A stretch of DNA of 64,000 nucleotides from an uncultured Candidatus Saccharibacteria bacterium (GCA_964613485.1 CAZTHB010000001.1:21064-85063), one strand, 5' to 3'. Positions 10,123-20,351 are shown, numbered from the stretch's first letter. A program made the numbers and translations. The notes: generated by a model from the letters alone, not told the origin.

Positions 10123-10524
10123 TTACGCTGCAGCTTTATCGTCGAGTAACCCCAAATGCTTGCGCACAATATGAACTACATCGGCCATAGCGACCTGACT
10201 CTTGATAATATAGTCATCAACGCCGAGTGATTTTGCTTTCTGCACATCTCGATCGCTTGATAATGCCGACATCATGATAACCTTGGAGTTCTTTGTTTGA
10301 GGAGTATTGCGCAGAATATCCAGTACATCAAACCCCGATACTCGTGGCATCATAATATCCAGCAAGATGAGGTCTGGCTTGGTCTCGAGTACCTTCGCAA
10401 GCGCCTGTTCACCATTATTTGCCCACGCTGTGCCGAAGCCCTCAGCTTCGAAGCGGGCCATGTAGACGCTTGCCAACTCCTCGTCGTCTTCAACGAGAAG
10501 AATCATTGGCTTAGCTTTTGTCAT
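10123..10524 (-). CDS. Single-domain response regulator (CheY-like receiver)
   Basis: LLVEDDEELA...DLILLDIMMPRVSGFDVL...KVIMMSA. The phospho-acceptor Asp context is conserved. Overlaps the pyrG stop. Confidence 0.8.
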   Translation of the reverse strand: MTKAKPMILLVEDDEELASVYMARFEAEGFGTAWANNGEQALAKVLETKPDLILLDIMMPRVSGFDVLDILRNTPQTKNSKVIMMSALSSDRDVQKAKSLGVDDYIIKSQVAMADVVHIVRKHLGLLDDKAAA

Positions 10525-12182
10525 GAGTTATTCGTCTTACTCCGCTTAGTATTCTTGTCTATTGTAACCTGCTCATGCTTAGGAGGTAAAGCCCCTATGC
10601 TTGCTCGAATAAGCCCAGTAAACAATGGATGCGGCCGTCCGGGGCGCGACAAGAACTCCGGATGGAACTGCGAGGCAATATAATAAGGATGATTTGGGAG
10701 CTCAACGATCTCAACTAGCTGCCCACCATATGAGGTACCACTAATCTGTAGACCTTTGCGCTCAATCAGGTCGCGGTAGTCATTATTCACCTCGTATCGG
10801 TGACGGTGACGCTCGACGATATGCTCTGAGACATACAATTCTTCAGCCAGAGACCCGGCTTCCAGGCTTGTATCATAATCACCTAAACGCATGCTCCCAC
10901 CGAGCTGTACGCCAATTTGTTCAGGCATAATATGTACCACTGGATGCGCAGAATCCTTATCAAACTCGGTCGAGTGAGCACCGCTCAAGCCAGCTACGTG
11001 GCGAGCAAATTCAATCACTGCTACCTGCAATCCGAGACAAATGCCGAGATATGGTACCCCGTGCTCACGAGCGTATTGAGCCGCCACGATCTTGCCCTCT
11101 ACGCCACGTTGACCAAAACCGCCAGGGACGAGGATACCGTCGACTACCGTGAGCGGCTTCGTAGATTCGGTGAGCTTCTCGGCATCTATCCAGTCGAATA
11201 CGAGCTTACGTCCTTCTGCCCACGCCGCCGCACGTAAAGCTTCAACGACCGACAAATAGGTATCTTCGTGCTCGAGATATTTGGCAACTACTCCGATACG
11301 GACTTCCGGCATATCACTCATGATAGTCTCAACGAGCGACTGCCATCCACTAAGGTCAGGCTTGCGGCAGGACACCCCGAGGCGCTTGCAGATATACTCA
11401 CCGATACCCGACTCCTCCATACGCAGCGGAACTTCGTAGACTGTCTTGGCTGTGGGAAGACCCACAATAGCCTCTTTATCAACATCACAAAACTGCGACA
11501 ATTTCTCGAAGATACTCGCCTTAATTGGATGATCGGTGCGCACAGCCAGAATGTCAGGCTGAATACCAACTTCGCGTAGGTCTCGAACTGAGTTTTGGGC
11601 AGGCTTGGACTTAAGCTCCTTTGATGCCTCCAAATACGGCAAGAACACCACGTGAGCATACAGAACATTTTCAGCCCCTACCCGTCGCTTAAACTGACGC
11701 AGTGCATCGATAACGGCCAGCGACTCGTAATCACCGATAGTACCGCCCACCTCGGTAATCATAATGTCAAAACCCTTACCGGCTTCGAGTATCCGACGCT
11801 GATATTCATCCGTTATATGCGGTATTACTTGAACAGTCTTCCCGAGAAATGCGCCATCACGCTCATCAGCAAATACCTTTGCATATACCTGTCCGCTCAT
11901 AACAGAGCTCTGCCGAGTAAGTTGCTGATCAAGAAACCGCTCATAGTGACCCAAATCAAGATCAGTTTCCGCTCCGTCCTGCGTTACAAACACTTCACCA
12001 TGCTCAGCCGGGTTAAGTGTGCCTGCGTCAAAATTAAAATACGGGTCCATTTTCTGAATGTTGACCCGTAGTCCTCTTGCTTTTAGGATGGCTCCGATCG
12101 ATGCTGCGGTGATGCCTTTTCCAGAGCCCGAAACCACTCCACCGGTAATGAATATGTATTTTGTATCATTCTTTTGCGTCAC
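10521..12182 (-). CDS. pyrG: CTP synthase
   Basis: YIFITGGVVSGSGKGITAASIG N-terminus and a C-terminal glutamine amidotransferase domain (GICLGLQ). Confidence 0.9.
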   Translation of the reverse strand: MTQKNDTKYIFITGGVVSGSGKGITAASIGAILKARGLRVNIQKMDPYFNFDAGTLNPAEHGEVFVTQDGAETDLDLGHYERFLDQQLTRQSSVMSGQVYAKVFADERDGAFLGKTVQVIPHITDEYQRRILEAGKGFDIMITEVGGTIGDYESLAVIDALRQFKRRVGAENVLYAHVVFLPYLEASKELKSKPAQNSVRDLREVGIQPDILAVRTDHPIKASIFEKLSQFCDVDKEAIVGLPTAKTVYEVPLRMEESGIGEYICKRLGVSCRKPDLSGWQSLVETIMSDMPEVRIGVVAKYLEHEDTYLSVVEALRAAAWAEGRKLVFDWIDAEKLTESTKPLTVVDGILVPGGFGQRGVEGKIVAAQYAREHGVPYLGICLGLQVAVIEFARHVAGLSGAHSTEFDKDSAHPVVHIMPEQIGVQLGGSMRLGDYDTSLEAGSLAEELYVSEHIVERHRHRYEVNNDYRDLIERKGLQISGTSYGGQLVEIVELPNHPYYIASQFHPEFLSRPGRPHPLFTGLIRASIGALPPKHEQVTIDKNTKRSKTNNS

Positions 12183-12282
12183 AATTCCCTCCTCTTCTCT
12201 ACTAGTCTACGCGCCTCGGCGGTATAGCCGCAAGGGCTTTATGAGTCAAATAATGCTGGATTTTACTTGTTGTTAATATATA

Positions 12283-12311
12283 TAGACAAAATACGTATTT
12301 TAGTATAAAAT
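12283..12311 (+). promoter_or_regulatory. Candidate sigma70 promoter for the 12346 ORF (TAGACA-17-TAAAAT); RBS aaggag at 12333
   Basis: Hexamer spacing read directly from the sequence. AT-rich divergent region between pyrG and the ORF. Confidence 0.4.
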
Positions 12312-12345
12312 AGCCTAGTTTCGCACCCACACCCAAGGAGCCATC

Positions 12346-12732
12346 ATGGCACTAACACCCACCTCAGCCTACGTTGAGGAAGCCCTAACTCTTCGCAACT
12401 CGTCACGTATCGTCGAGACGCTCCAGGAATTACTGGGAGGCGCCTCTGCCACAGTGATCATGCACAGTCCGTCTCACGATGACAGCACGCCCCGCGTGAA
12501 TGCAATGAACAACGTCAGACTCGGCACGGTCAGAGTCACCCCCACCAATCGCGTACGCGCCACACTGACGATCGAGGGAGACAAGACCGATATCAATGCA
12601 CCATTCGGCGAGGGTATGACCGGGAGCTCAGACGAGACACCACCAAAGACAGGTGTATTCACAAATGGTGACCTCGTCTGCCTGACGTATGAAACCAAGC
12701 TCGGACGTCACTACATCACGGTCATCCCGTGA
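12346..12732 (+). CDS. Hypothetical protein (128 aa)
   Basis: ORF with a good SD (aaggag, 8 nt upstream) and a downstream hairpin plus T-tract. Confidence 0.5.
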   Translation: MALTPTSAYVEEALTLRNSSRIVETLQELLGGASATVIMHSPSHDDSTPRVNAMNNVRLGTVRVTPTNRVRATLTIEGDKTDINAPFGEGMTGSSDETPPKTGVFTNGDLVCLTYETKLGRHYITVIP

Positions 12733-12738
12733 TGATCA

Positions 12739-12773
12739 CCCCATCAGCTCTTGGCTGGTGGGGATTATTTATT
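12739..12773. terminator. Intrinsic terminator-like hairpin between convergent genes
   Basis: ccccatcag...ctggtgggg stem (one mismatch) followed by attatttatt. Confidence 0.45.
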
Positions 12774-13998
12774 ACTGTCGCGCTAGTTCGAGAGCTTTAT
12801 CCAGCTGTGGGTCGCGGTTTGCATTATAGTCATCATTCGTTAGCTTCACTTCAACGTCCGGCGCGATACCTTCCTTGGATATATTCACGCCCTTCGGCGT
12901 ATACCAATGCGCAACCGTAATCTTGAGCTGTGCCCCATTCGCAAGCTTACGCACCTCCTGCACACTCCCCTTGCCAAATGACTTCTCGCCAACCAATGTC
13001 GCGCGGCCATTGTCCTTAAGCGCACCAGCCGCTATCTCTGAAGCTGAAGCCGACCCCTGGTTAATCAAAACTATGACTTTCACCTTTGTGAGATTACCGC
13101 CCGGATTAGCTGTCATTGTCTTTGAGTCTGAGAAATGGCGACTGCGTTCTTCGACGATCGTACCGCTCCCCACAAACTCAGACGAAACCGAAACTGCTCC
13201 ATCAAGATATCCACCCGGGTTGTCTCGCAGATCAAGAATAACACTCTTCACGCCCTTCGAAGCTAACTCAGCCGCGGCATTACGAAACGCGAGTTCAGTA
13301 TCATCTCCGAAGCGTCGTAAGCGAATGTAGCCGACATCACCTTCCTTGATAGTAGTAGTTACGCTCGCGACCGTTATCGTATCGCGCACAATCGCAATCT
13401 CACGAGGCTTTTCCGTGCCACGCAAGATAGTCAGGGTAACTGTGGTTCCTTTATCCCCGCGGATATTCTTAACCGCTTCATCAAGCGTAAATTGGGAGCT
13501 ATCCTTACCATCGATAAGTGCAATAATATCTCCAGCCCGCACACCAGCCCTAGATGCTGGCGCCCCATCAATTGGCGCGATGATCGTCAAACGATTATTT
13601 TTGATGCCCACTTCTACCCCAATACCACTCAACTCACCCTTCAGATCATCCGATAGATCCTTTGATTCTGCTGCATCCATGTAAGTGGTGTAGGGGTCAC
13701 CTAGACTTGCAACCAATCCTCGAATTGCTCCCTCAGCCTGCTTCGAGGTATCAATATCGCCATCATAGCTTTGTTTGAGCATCTCACGGACAGTCGCGAT
13801 GTCATTCGCGGCGAAGGTACCATCGCGCAATATAACTGATGAACGCGATGACCAGCCAATAAGTGTGCCGATGACAAGTGCACCAACCACGATACCGACA
13901 CGCTGTAGCCAGGCGCTCTGTGATGCTGTTTTCTGCTTTGGAGCAGCTTTTTGCGAAGTAGATCGTGTTGGAGTCATAAGCCCTATTGTACTGGTCAA
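12772..13998 (-). CDS. ctpA: Carboxy-terminal processing protease (S41 family, PDZ domain)
   Basis: GYIRLRRFGDDTELAFRNAAAEL...VILDLRDNPGGYLDGAVSVSSEF; N-terminal TM anchor. Confidence 0.85.
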   Translation of the reverse strand: MTSTIGLMTPTRSTSQKAAPKQKTASQSAWLQRVGIVVGALVIGTLIGWSSRSSVILRDGTFAANDIATVREMLKQSYDGDIDTSKQAEGAIRGLVASLGDPYTTYMDAAESKDLSDDLKGELSGIGVEVGIKNNRLTIIAPIDGAPASRAGVRAGDIIALIDGKDSSQFTLDEAVKNIRGDKGTTVTLTILRGTEKPREIAIVRDTITVASVTTTIKEGDVGYIRLRRFGDDTELAFRNAAAELASKGVKSVILDLRDNPGGYLDGAVSVSSEFVGSGTIVEERSRHFSDSKTMTANPGGNLTKVKVIVLINQGSASASEIAAGALKDNGRATLVGEKSFGKGSVQEVRKLANGAQLKITVAHWYTPKGVNISKEGIAPDVEVKLTNDDYNANRDPQLDKALELARQ

Positions 13999-14041
13999 GC
14001 CTTATACCTGCCAAGTAGTAGAGCTATCAGTTTGTTTTCAA

Positions 14042-15160
14042 CTAATGGATGTAGGTCAGTACATTTGCCGGCCACAAAGACTGACTATAGCGGCCATCCC
14101 AGTTTGCGTTGAACTCCGACACCAGCACCTGCTGCCCATCTTTGAGCACCGACTCAACGATCATGACATGCCCATATTCACCGCCACCATACACACCGAT
14201 CGCTCCAACCTCGGGCTGATCGTCAACCCGCATATTAAATTGTCGGCCCCAATTCGACCAGGTTTTTGCATCTGCTGGCCCCATAAATCCCCAAGAAGGA
14301 ATTGGTTTTCCGAGGTTCGCACGACGCCATGCCGCGAAGCTTGTACATTGACGGTAATAAAAGCCCCATGGGTCAACTCCCCAGCTCGGAAATGGCTCGA
14401 CAGAAGCCCACGGATAGTCAGTGGTAGAAGTATACGTGCGCCCTGCACTCTGCGCCGCAATTGCTGCTGCCTGCTGAGCGCGCAGGGTATTAAGCTGAGC
14501 CTGGTCTGACTTCACCATCTCACGATATTTCTGTTCTTCTCCACGAGTTGCTTCCAGAAGTTGTGCGAGCTCGCTTTCTTTTTCAGCAATACCTTTCTCT
14601 TGCAGCTTCTCGGCGTTTTCCTTGATACGCAAATCAATCTCGAGACTATCAAGCTGCTTTTTTGTGCGCTCTATATCATCAAGCGTCTGATTAATCTTCT
14701 CACGCAATGAGTTAATATACTGCTGCTTATCTACATACTGGCTAAGGTTTTGTGACCCGGCTATCAGCTCAAGCGGCGTAACAGCACCTTGTCGGTACAC
14801 AACAGCGATATTCTCGCCGAGGAGATCAGTCTGCTTCTTAAGCTGTCGTTGCACTTCAGACTGACGAGCCTTGTTCTGGCTCACTTGAAGACGTGTCATT
14901 TCGAGATTCGCACGAGCCGCAGCGAGGTCGGCGCGTACTGCCTCGAGCTTGTTTTGCAGCGTATCGCCCTCAGCCTGCTTCTGCTTGACGAGAGCTTGCT
15001 TATCTTGGATCTGCTTGGACAGCGCATCAATGAGCGGCTGATATTCATCCGCGCTCACGCGCCTATGTCCGACCATCATCAATACACCGAGCAGCATAAC
15101 GCTCAAAACAGATACGCCTAGAAGATGCTTGAGCCAGGGATGATGTCGTTTTTGTTTCAT
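14042..15160 (-). CDS. Coiled-coil / CHAP-domain peptidoglycan hydrolase (PcsB/RipC-like), copy 1
   Basis: Signal peptide, about 200 aa of coiled coil, then a CHAP domain with Cys (YRQCTSFAAWR) and His (GHVMIVESV). Confidence 0.75.
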   Translation of the reverse strand: MKQKRHHPWLKHLLGVSVLSVMLLGVLMMVGHRRVSADEYQPLIDALSKQIQDKQALVKQKQAEGDTLQNKLEAVRADLAAARANLEMTRLQVSQNKARQSEVQRQLKKQTDLLGENIAVVYRQGAVTPLELIAGSQNLSQYVDKQQYINSLREKINQTLDDIERTKKQLDSLEIDLRIKENAEKLQEKGIAEKESELAQLLEATRGEEQKYREMVKSDQAQLNTLRAQQAAAIAAQSAGRTYTSTTDYPWASVEPFPSWGVDPWGFYYRQCTSFAAWRRANLGKPIPSWGFMGPADAKTWSNWGRQFNMRVDDQPEVGAIGVYGGGEYGHVMIVESVLKDGQQVLVSEFNANWDGRYSQSLWPANVLTYIH

Positions 15161-15185
15161 GTTTTTGTATGGGCCAATAAATTAC

Positions 15186-16250
15186 CTATCGAATGTAGCG
15201 AACGCCCCCAAGTTGACTAAACGGAATGGTGCGAGTGGAGTACCCGCCACGTGGACTGTAGTTGTACTCGCTAATCGTAATCGACGAACCATTATTGGAT
15301 TCGACAATCGCAACATGTCCCCACGGTGATTGGTTGCCGTATGGCCAGGCAACGATATCACCATACTGCGGCGTAAGGCTAGCCGAACCACGATACCACC
15401 AGTCGCCAGCGTTACCCCAATACATCGGAGCCCAACGACCCATTGCCGCCCGCTTCCACGCTGCATAGCTCACGCACTCGCGGTTGTAGTACCCGTAGTC
15501 ATCGACAAGGCTGTCTTGAGCTGCCAAGCACCATACATTTGGATAGCCACCGCCACACTGGCCACCCGGACGAAAGCTCCCGCCTGCGGCCGTATTACGG
15601 GCTATCTCTGCCGCGCGAGCCGCAAAGACCGAATCCAGCTGCTGCTTATTCTTCGCAATCATCCCCTGGTAAGCAGCTTCCTGCCCCTTCGTCTCAGCTA
15701 AGAGCCTAGCTTGTTCTGCTTTCTTCGCACTAATCTGAGCTAGTTGCCCCTGTTGATTCTCTTTTTGGGCAGACAAATCAGCTTTAGCCTGTTCCAGCTT
15801 GACCTTAGTAGCATTGATCGCATCAATGTTGGACTGGATCTTCGCCTTGATGTCTTGCAAGTATTGTTGTCTACCCACAAAATCACTCAGGTTCTGACTC
15901 GAAGCCAACACCTCAAGCGGTGTGAGATCGCGGTCTTTATACATGACGCGAAGATTTTCACGCAGGCTATCAGTCTGCTTGGCCAACTCCGTAGTATTTG
16001 CCTCGATATCGGCTTGCGTTTTTTGTAACTGAGTCTGAGTAAGATTAAGCGCGGCTTGAGCAGCAGCGATTTCGGCATTGAGCTGCGTAACTTTGCCCTG
16101 CAGCGTAGATGCTTCTGCAGCCTTTTGACTCGCTGCTGACTGATTTTGCTTTATTTGTGACTGGAGCGCATTGATCTGCTCATCATAATTTATCGCATAC
16201 GCAACAGACGCATTTCCGACTAATGTAAGTGCAGAAACGATAACGAGCAC
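15186..16250 (-). CDS. Coiled-coil / CHAP-domain peptidoglycan hydrolase (PcsB/RipC-like), copy 2
   Basis: Same architecture as copy 1: NRECVSYAAWKR ... GHVAIVESN. Confidence 0.75.
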   Translation of the reverse strand: MLVIVSALTLVGNASVAYAINYDEQINALQSQIKQNQSAASQKAAEASTLQGKVTQLNAEIAAAQAALNLTQTQLQKTQADIEANTTELAKQTDSLRENLRVMYKDRDLTPLEVLASSQNLSDFVGRQQYLQDIKAKIQSNIDAINATKVKLEQAKADLSAQKENQQGQLAQISAKKAEQARLLAETKGQEAAYQGMIAKNKQQLDSVFAARAAEIARNTAAGGSFRPGGQCGGGYPNVWCLAAQDSLVDDYGYYNRECVSYAAWKRAAMGRWAPMYWGNAGDWWYRGSASLTPQYGDIVAWPYGNQSPWGHVAIVESNNGSSITISEYNYSPRGGYSTRTIPFSQLGGVRYIR

Positions 16251-16348
16251 GCGCTTAACGTGCTTCTCAAGTGTAACTATATTCAGGGTCCCCTCCTTTT
16301 GTTTGCGCCAATCCTAAAATGCGCTAATGCCAGTATAGCTTATTGATC

Positions 16349-17260
16349 TCACAGTTTCAAATGGCGTGAGATGGCGAGGTAGCTCGAGGTTGTGCCGATA
16401 AACATGCCAAGTGCATACATACCGGTAATCACGAGATTATACCGAGCCGAAACAAAATCAATCACATCCGTTGTGCTGAAATAATTCACAAACAGCGGCT
16501 TAGCGAAGTTAAGAGACGGAATGGCAATTGCGATCGCGATGGTCGCACCAATAATCCCATATACCGCTCCCTCGACAAGAAATGGACCCCGGATATACCA
16601 CTTAGTAGCGCCGACCAGCTTCATGATGTCGATCTCTTCGCGGCGTGTGAAAATCGCCATGCGGATAGTGTTAAAGATAATAAGTAACGACACGATCAAA
16701 AACGCAACTGAGATGATCGTACCGATACGACTCACCCCTTGCGAGATTTTATTTATATTCTCGACTACCTGTTTACGGACATTATTATCCTGCAGACTGG
16801 TCTGAGTGATGGCGCTTGCCTCAGGCAAGGTACGGATCTTCGCGTCAAGCGTAGCAAGATCATCGAGAGAAGTTGTTTTGACCTCGATGGAAGCAGGTAG
16901 CGGATTGCCAATTTCTTCGGCCGTCCGCGCTAACTGCTCCCCATCCTTACTACTCTCACGTAGGCGCTCGAGTGCATCAGCCTTAGAGATATAAGTGACA
17001 TTTTTGACATTCTCAAGCCCCTTAATTTCCTCTTGAAGCTTTGTCACGTCTTCCTGCGAAGCCTTCTCGCTTAAGAATACCGTCAGATCAATTTTGTCAC
17101 GAATAACTGCCAGCTGGTTTTGTAAGAAAAGCGCTGAAAACGAGAATACTGACACGATCACGAGGGTAATAACCATAATCGCAGTGGCCGCGATCGACAA
17201 CCAAGCATTACGAAACAGGTTCTTAAACCCGGACTTGATGATGCGCAAGAAAGTAATCAT
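16349..17260 (-). CDS. ftsX: Cell-division ABC transporter permease-like protein FtsX
   Basis: Four TM helices with a large extracellular loop. Immediately downstream of ftsE, overlapping its stop by 1 nt. Confidence 0.8.
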   Translation of the reverse strand: MITFLRIIKSGFKNLFRNAWLSIAATAIMVITLVIVSVFSFSALFLQNQLAVIRDKIDLTVFLSEKASQEDVTKLQEEIKGLENVKNVTYISKADALERLRESSKDGEQLARTAEEIGNPLPASIEVKTTSLDDLATLDAKIRTLPEASAITQTSLQDNNVRKQVVENINKISQGVSRIGTIISVAFLIVSLLIIFNTIRMAIFTRREEIDIMKLVGATKWYIRGPFLVEGAVYGIIGATIAIAIAIPSLNFAKPLFVNYFSTTDVIDFVSARYNLVITGMYALGMFIGTTSSYLAISRHLKL

Positions 17261-17949
17261 TAGAGTATATACCTTCCGACTTTTTCGTCTTTCACAATCC
17301 GTCCTCGCTGAATAGTAATCACGCGACGCTTCAAGGCATTCACAATCTCTTTGTTGTGCGTCGTAAGCAATACAGTCGTACCAAACTTATTGATCTTCAA
17401 GAGCAGCTCGATAATATCCCATGAGTTCTTGGGGTCGAGATTACCGGTTGGCTCATCGGCAATCAGGATCTTTGGATTGCGCACCAAAGCCCGCGCGATC
17501 GCCACACGCTGCTTCTCTCCACCCGATATCTCGCCTGGATAATTACTCGCCTTCTCAGCCAGCCCTACTAACTGCAAGATTTTCGGGACAGCACGACGTA
17601 TCTCGCTCGTACGCACCCCACTCACTTCAAGCGCAAAGGCAACATTCTCATATACAGTGAGATTTGGTAGTAGCTTGAAGTCCTGGAAGACCACCCCAAT
17701 GCGGCGACGCAAATGAGGGATATTTTTCTTCGTGATCGTATCGTAGTCGATCGAGCCCACGATGATCTTTCCACTTGTCGGGTCTTCTTCTTTAATAAGT
17801 AAACGAATGAGTGTGGACTTACCTGCTCCAGATGAACCCACTACCGTCACAAATTCTTTTGGTTGAATATGCAAACTAACGCCGCTCAAGGCGACGGTCT
17901 TGTTTGGATACATAACTGTAACACGGTCTAGCAAAATCACTGCAGTCAT
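17260..17949 (-). CDS. ftsE: Cell-division ATP-binding protein FtsE
   Basis: Walker A GSSGAGKST, ABC signature LSGGEKQR, Walker B ILIADEPTGNLD. Confidence 0.85.
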   Translation of the reverse strand: MTAVILLDRVTVMYPNKTVALSGVSLHIQPKEFVTVVGSSGAGKSTLIRLLIKEEDPTSGKIIVGSIDYDTITKKNIPHLRRRIGVVFQDFKLLPNLTVYENVAFALEVSGVRTSEIRRAVPKILQLVGLAEKASNYPGEISGGEKQRVAIARALVRNPKILIADEPTGNLDPKNSWDIIELLLKINKFGTTVLLTTHNKEIVNALKRRVITIQRGRIVKDEKVGRYIL

Positions 17950-17984
17950 TTTACCACAGCCAACTCACTGCGTGGGGTCGAATT

Positions 17985-17998
17985 TGCTATAGTATAAG
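17985..17998 (+). promoter_or_regulatory. Extended -10 element (TGcTATAGT) 9 nt upstream of the murA ATG; probably a leaderless transcript
   Basis: ttTGcTATAGTataagcactATG with no SD sequence. Confidence 0.4.
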
Positions 17999-18002
17999 CA
18001 CT

Positions 18003-19253
18003 ATGGCACAACTCATCATCACTGGCCCTACTCCTCTCCATGGCGAATGGCATACTGCTGGGTCAAAGAACGCCGTCCTGCCAATGCTTGCGGCAACGCT
18101 CCTAAGCAGTGAACCGGTGACGCTCCACAATGTACCGGATCTGAGTGATGTAGAAGTTATGTGTGAGATTCTCGAGAGTCTCGGCGCGCAGATCACCCGC
18201 ACAGACCACGCAATACGGGTTGATCCTAGTCACATTCGAGCTGGCAGCATTCCGCAAGATCTGACAGCTAAGATGCGAGCCTCTGTCCTGGTATTAGGCG
18301 CTGCAGTTGCGCGTACTGGCGACATCGCCATTGCTCAGCCTGGAGGAGACATCATTGGTGCACGACCAATCGCCAGCCATCTTAAGGCGTTTGAAGAGCT
18401 CGGCTACACCGTCTCGATAGATAACATTAGTACTCGTGTCAGCGGCATCAATCGCGGCGGGCGCGTCATCCTTGGTGAGCTGACCGTAACTGGTACAGAG
18501 AATGCGATTATGGCTGCCTGTCTCGGCTCGCACACCACCGAGCTTCGAATGGTAGCGGTAGAGCCACATGTCGTCGACTTCTGCCACATGCTGGCTCACC
18601 TCGGTGCGAGGATTGAAGGCATTGGCACTCACAATCTCATTATTCATGCAGTAGACACACTTCATGGCGGTGAATGGCGCGTACCAGCTGACCAACTCGA
18701 ATCAGGCACTATGGCAATCGCAGCTGCAGCAAGCCGCGGAGAGCTGGTTGTACATGATTTTATTATCAACGAACACGATGCACTGCTGACTATCTTTGAC
18801 GCAATAGGAGTACGCTACCAGCTTATAGACGCCAAGACAATTCACATACTCGCCGGAGGCCCATACCGAGCGATTAATGTTCGCACCCAGCCCTACCCAA
18901 ACTTCCCCTCTGACCTCCAAACACCCTTGGCTGTCTTACTGACCCAATGTGAAGGCACATCTGAGATATTTGAGACCCTATATGAAGGACGTCTGCAGTA
19001 TCTATTTGAATTGCAGCGCATGGGCGCTTCTGTTGCAATCCGCGATGCCCATACCGGCATGATTACAGGACCAACGCCGTTGGTTGGGACTGAACTAGTA
19101 AGCTACGACATTCGAGCTGGAGCTACTATGCTGATTGCTGGCATGATCGCCCACGGCACAACCACGCTCGATCGCATCGAGCACATTGACCGCGGCTACG
19201 AACACATCGATACCCGGCTAAATGCAGTCGGCGCACGCCTTCAACGAATATAG
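18003..19253 (+). CDS. murA: UDP-N-acetylglucosamine 1-carboxyvinyltransferase
   Basis: ITGPTPLHGEWHTAGSKNAVLPMLAATLL and EPSP-synthase-like fold motifs. Confidence 0.9.
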   Translation: MAQLIITGPTPLHGEWHTAGSKNAVLPMLAATLLSSEPVTLHNVPDLSDVEVMCEILESLGAQITRTDHAIRVDPSHIRAGSIPQDLTAKMRASVLVLGAAVARTGDIAIAQPGGDIIGARPIASHLKAFEELGYTVSIDNISTRVSGINRGGRVILGELTVTGTENAIMAACLGSHTTELRMVAVEPHVVDFCHMLAHLGARIEGIGTHNLIIHAVDTLHGGEWRVPADQLESGTMAIAAAASRGELVVHDFIINEHDALLTIFDAIGVRYQLIDAKTIHILAGGPYRAINVRTQPYPNFPSDLQTPLAVLLTQCEGTSEIFETLYEGRLQYLFELQRMGASVAIRDAHTGMITGPTPLVGTELVSYDIRAGATMLIAGMIAHGTTTLDRIEHIDRGYEHIDTRLNAVGARLQRI

Positions 19254-20351
19254 CTAGTCTGTCGTGCCGATCTGTTTCGTGAGATACGCTTCGATAAACG
19301 GCTCAATCCCACCCGACAGGACGCCGTCAGTATCGCTTGTCTCGTAATCTGTGCGATGATCTTTGACTTTTTGATATGGATGCAATACGTACGAGCGAAT
19401 CTGCTGACCCCAGTCGGCCGAGGTGAGTTTACCGCGCAGCTCAGAAATTGACTCAAGATGCTGCTCACGGGCAAGATTTGCCAGGCGAGCTGCAAGAATA
19501 CTCATGGCTTTAGTTTTATTCTTCAGTTGTGAGCGCTCATTTTGAATGCTTACAACAATACCAGTTGGAAGGTGTGTGATACGCACGGCTGAATCTGTCG
19601 TATTCACACTCTGACCACCATGCCCACCAGCACGAAAGACATCGATACGGAGGTCTTTTTCGTCAAGTTCGACCTCCTCCATCGGAATCTCAGGTACGAC
19701 ATCGACCAGTGCGAAGCTTGTTTGACGTAGATTATCGCTATTGAAAGGGCTGAGACGCACTAAGCGATGCACGCCTTTCTCACTCTTAAGCTTACCGTAA
19801 GCGAATGGCCCACTAATCTCTAGTGTAGCGGACTTAATACCAGCTTCTTCGCCTCGAGAGATGTCAATCAATACCGCGTTCAAATCAAGCTTCTCGGCCG
19901 CCCGTGTATACATCGTCAGAAGCATCTCTGCCCAATCCTGAGCATCGGTGCCACCCACGCCAGCTGAGATCTGAATAATCGCCGGCGACTTATCGTATGG
20001 TCCGGATAACTTCACCGTCAGCATCATATTCCGAACAGACTCGGCCATACTATCTGTCGTTTCGCGAAACGCCTTCATGAGTGATTCTTCGTTCGGATCA
20101 GACATTTGGGCGAGTTCTAGGTTTGTCTTAATCGACTCCTCAATCACATCCCAGCTTTCGATAAACTTACGCAATAAGGCCGCCTCTCGACTCACCCGCT
20201 GTGCCTCTCCCTGGTCAGACCAAAAACCAGGCGCATTCATACGCGCCTCAAGCTCTTCAAGTACTTTTTGTTCAGACTGCAAATGAAGCTGCTCTTTTGC
20301 AGCCTGCACTTCTTCGAGAAGGTTTGTCAATTGGTCAATGATTGGTTTCAT
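19254..20351 (-). CDS. prfB: Peptide chain release factor 2 (uninterrupted, no programmed frameshift)
   Basis: SPF tripeptide (RLSPFNS) and the GGQ motif ([17 protein letters not shown]). Confidence 0.85.
   Translation of the reverse strand: MKPIIDQLTNLLEEVQAAKEQLHLQSEQKVLEELEARMNAPGFWSDQGEAQRVSREAALLRKFIESWDVIEESIKTNLELAQMSDPNEESLMKAFRETTDSMAESVRNMMLTVKLSGPYDKSPAIIQISAGVGGTDAQDWAEMLLTMYTRAAEKLDLNAVLIDISRGEEAGIKSATLEISGPFAYGKLKSEKGVHRLVRLSPFNSDNLRQTSFALVDVVPEIPMEEVELDEKDLRIDVFRAGGHGGQSVNTTDSAVRITHLPTGIVVSIQNERSQLKNKTKAMSILAARLANLAREQHLESISELRGKLTSADWGQQIRSYVLHPYQKVKDHRTDYETSDTDGVLSGGIEPFIEAYLTKQIGTTD

Noticed and set aside
19254-20351. Looked for the programmed +1 frameshift usually found early in prfB
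   Set aside because: The RF2 reading frame is continuous from Met1 through SPF and GGQ, with no CTT-TGA-C shift site. The gene is simply of the non-frameshifted kind, so there is nothing unusual to report.
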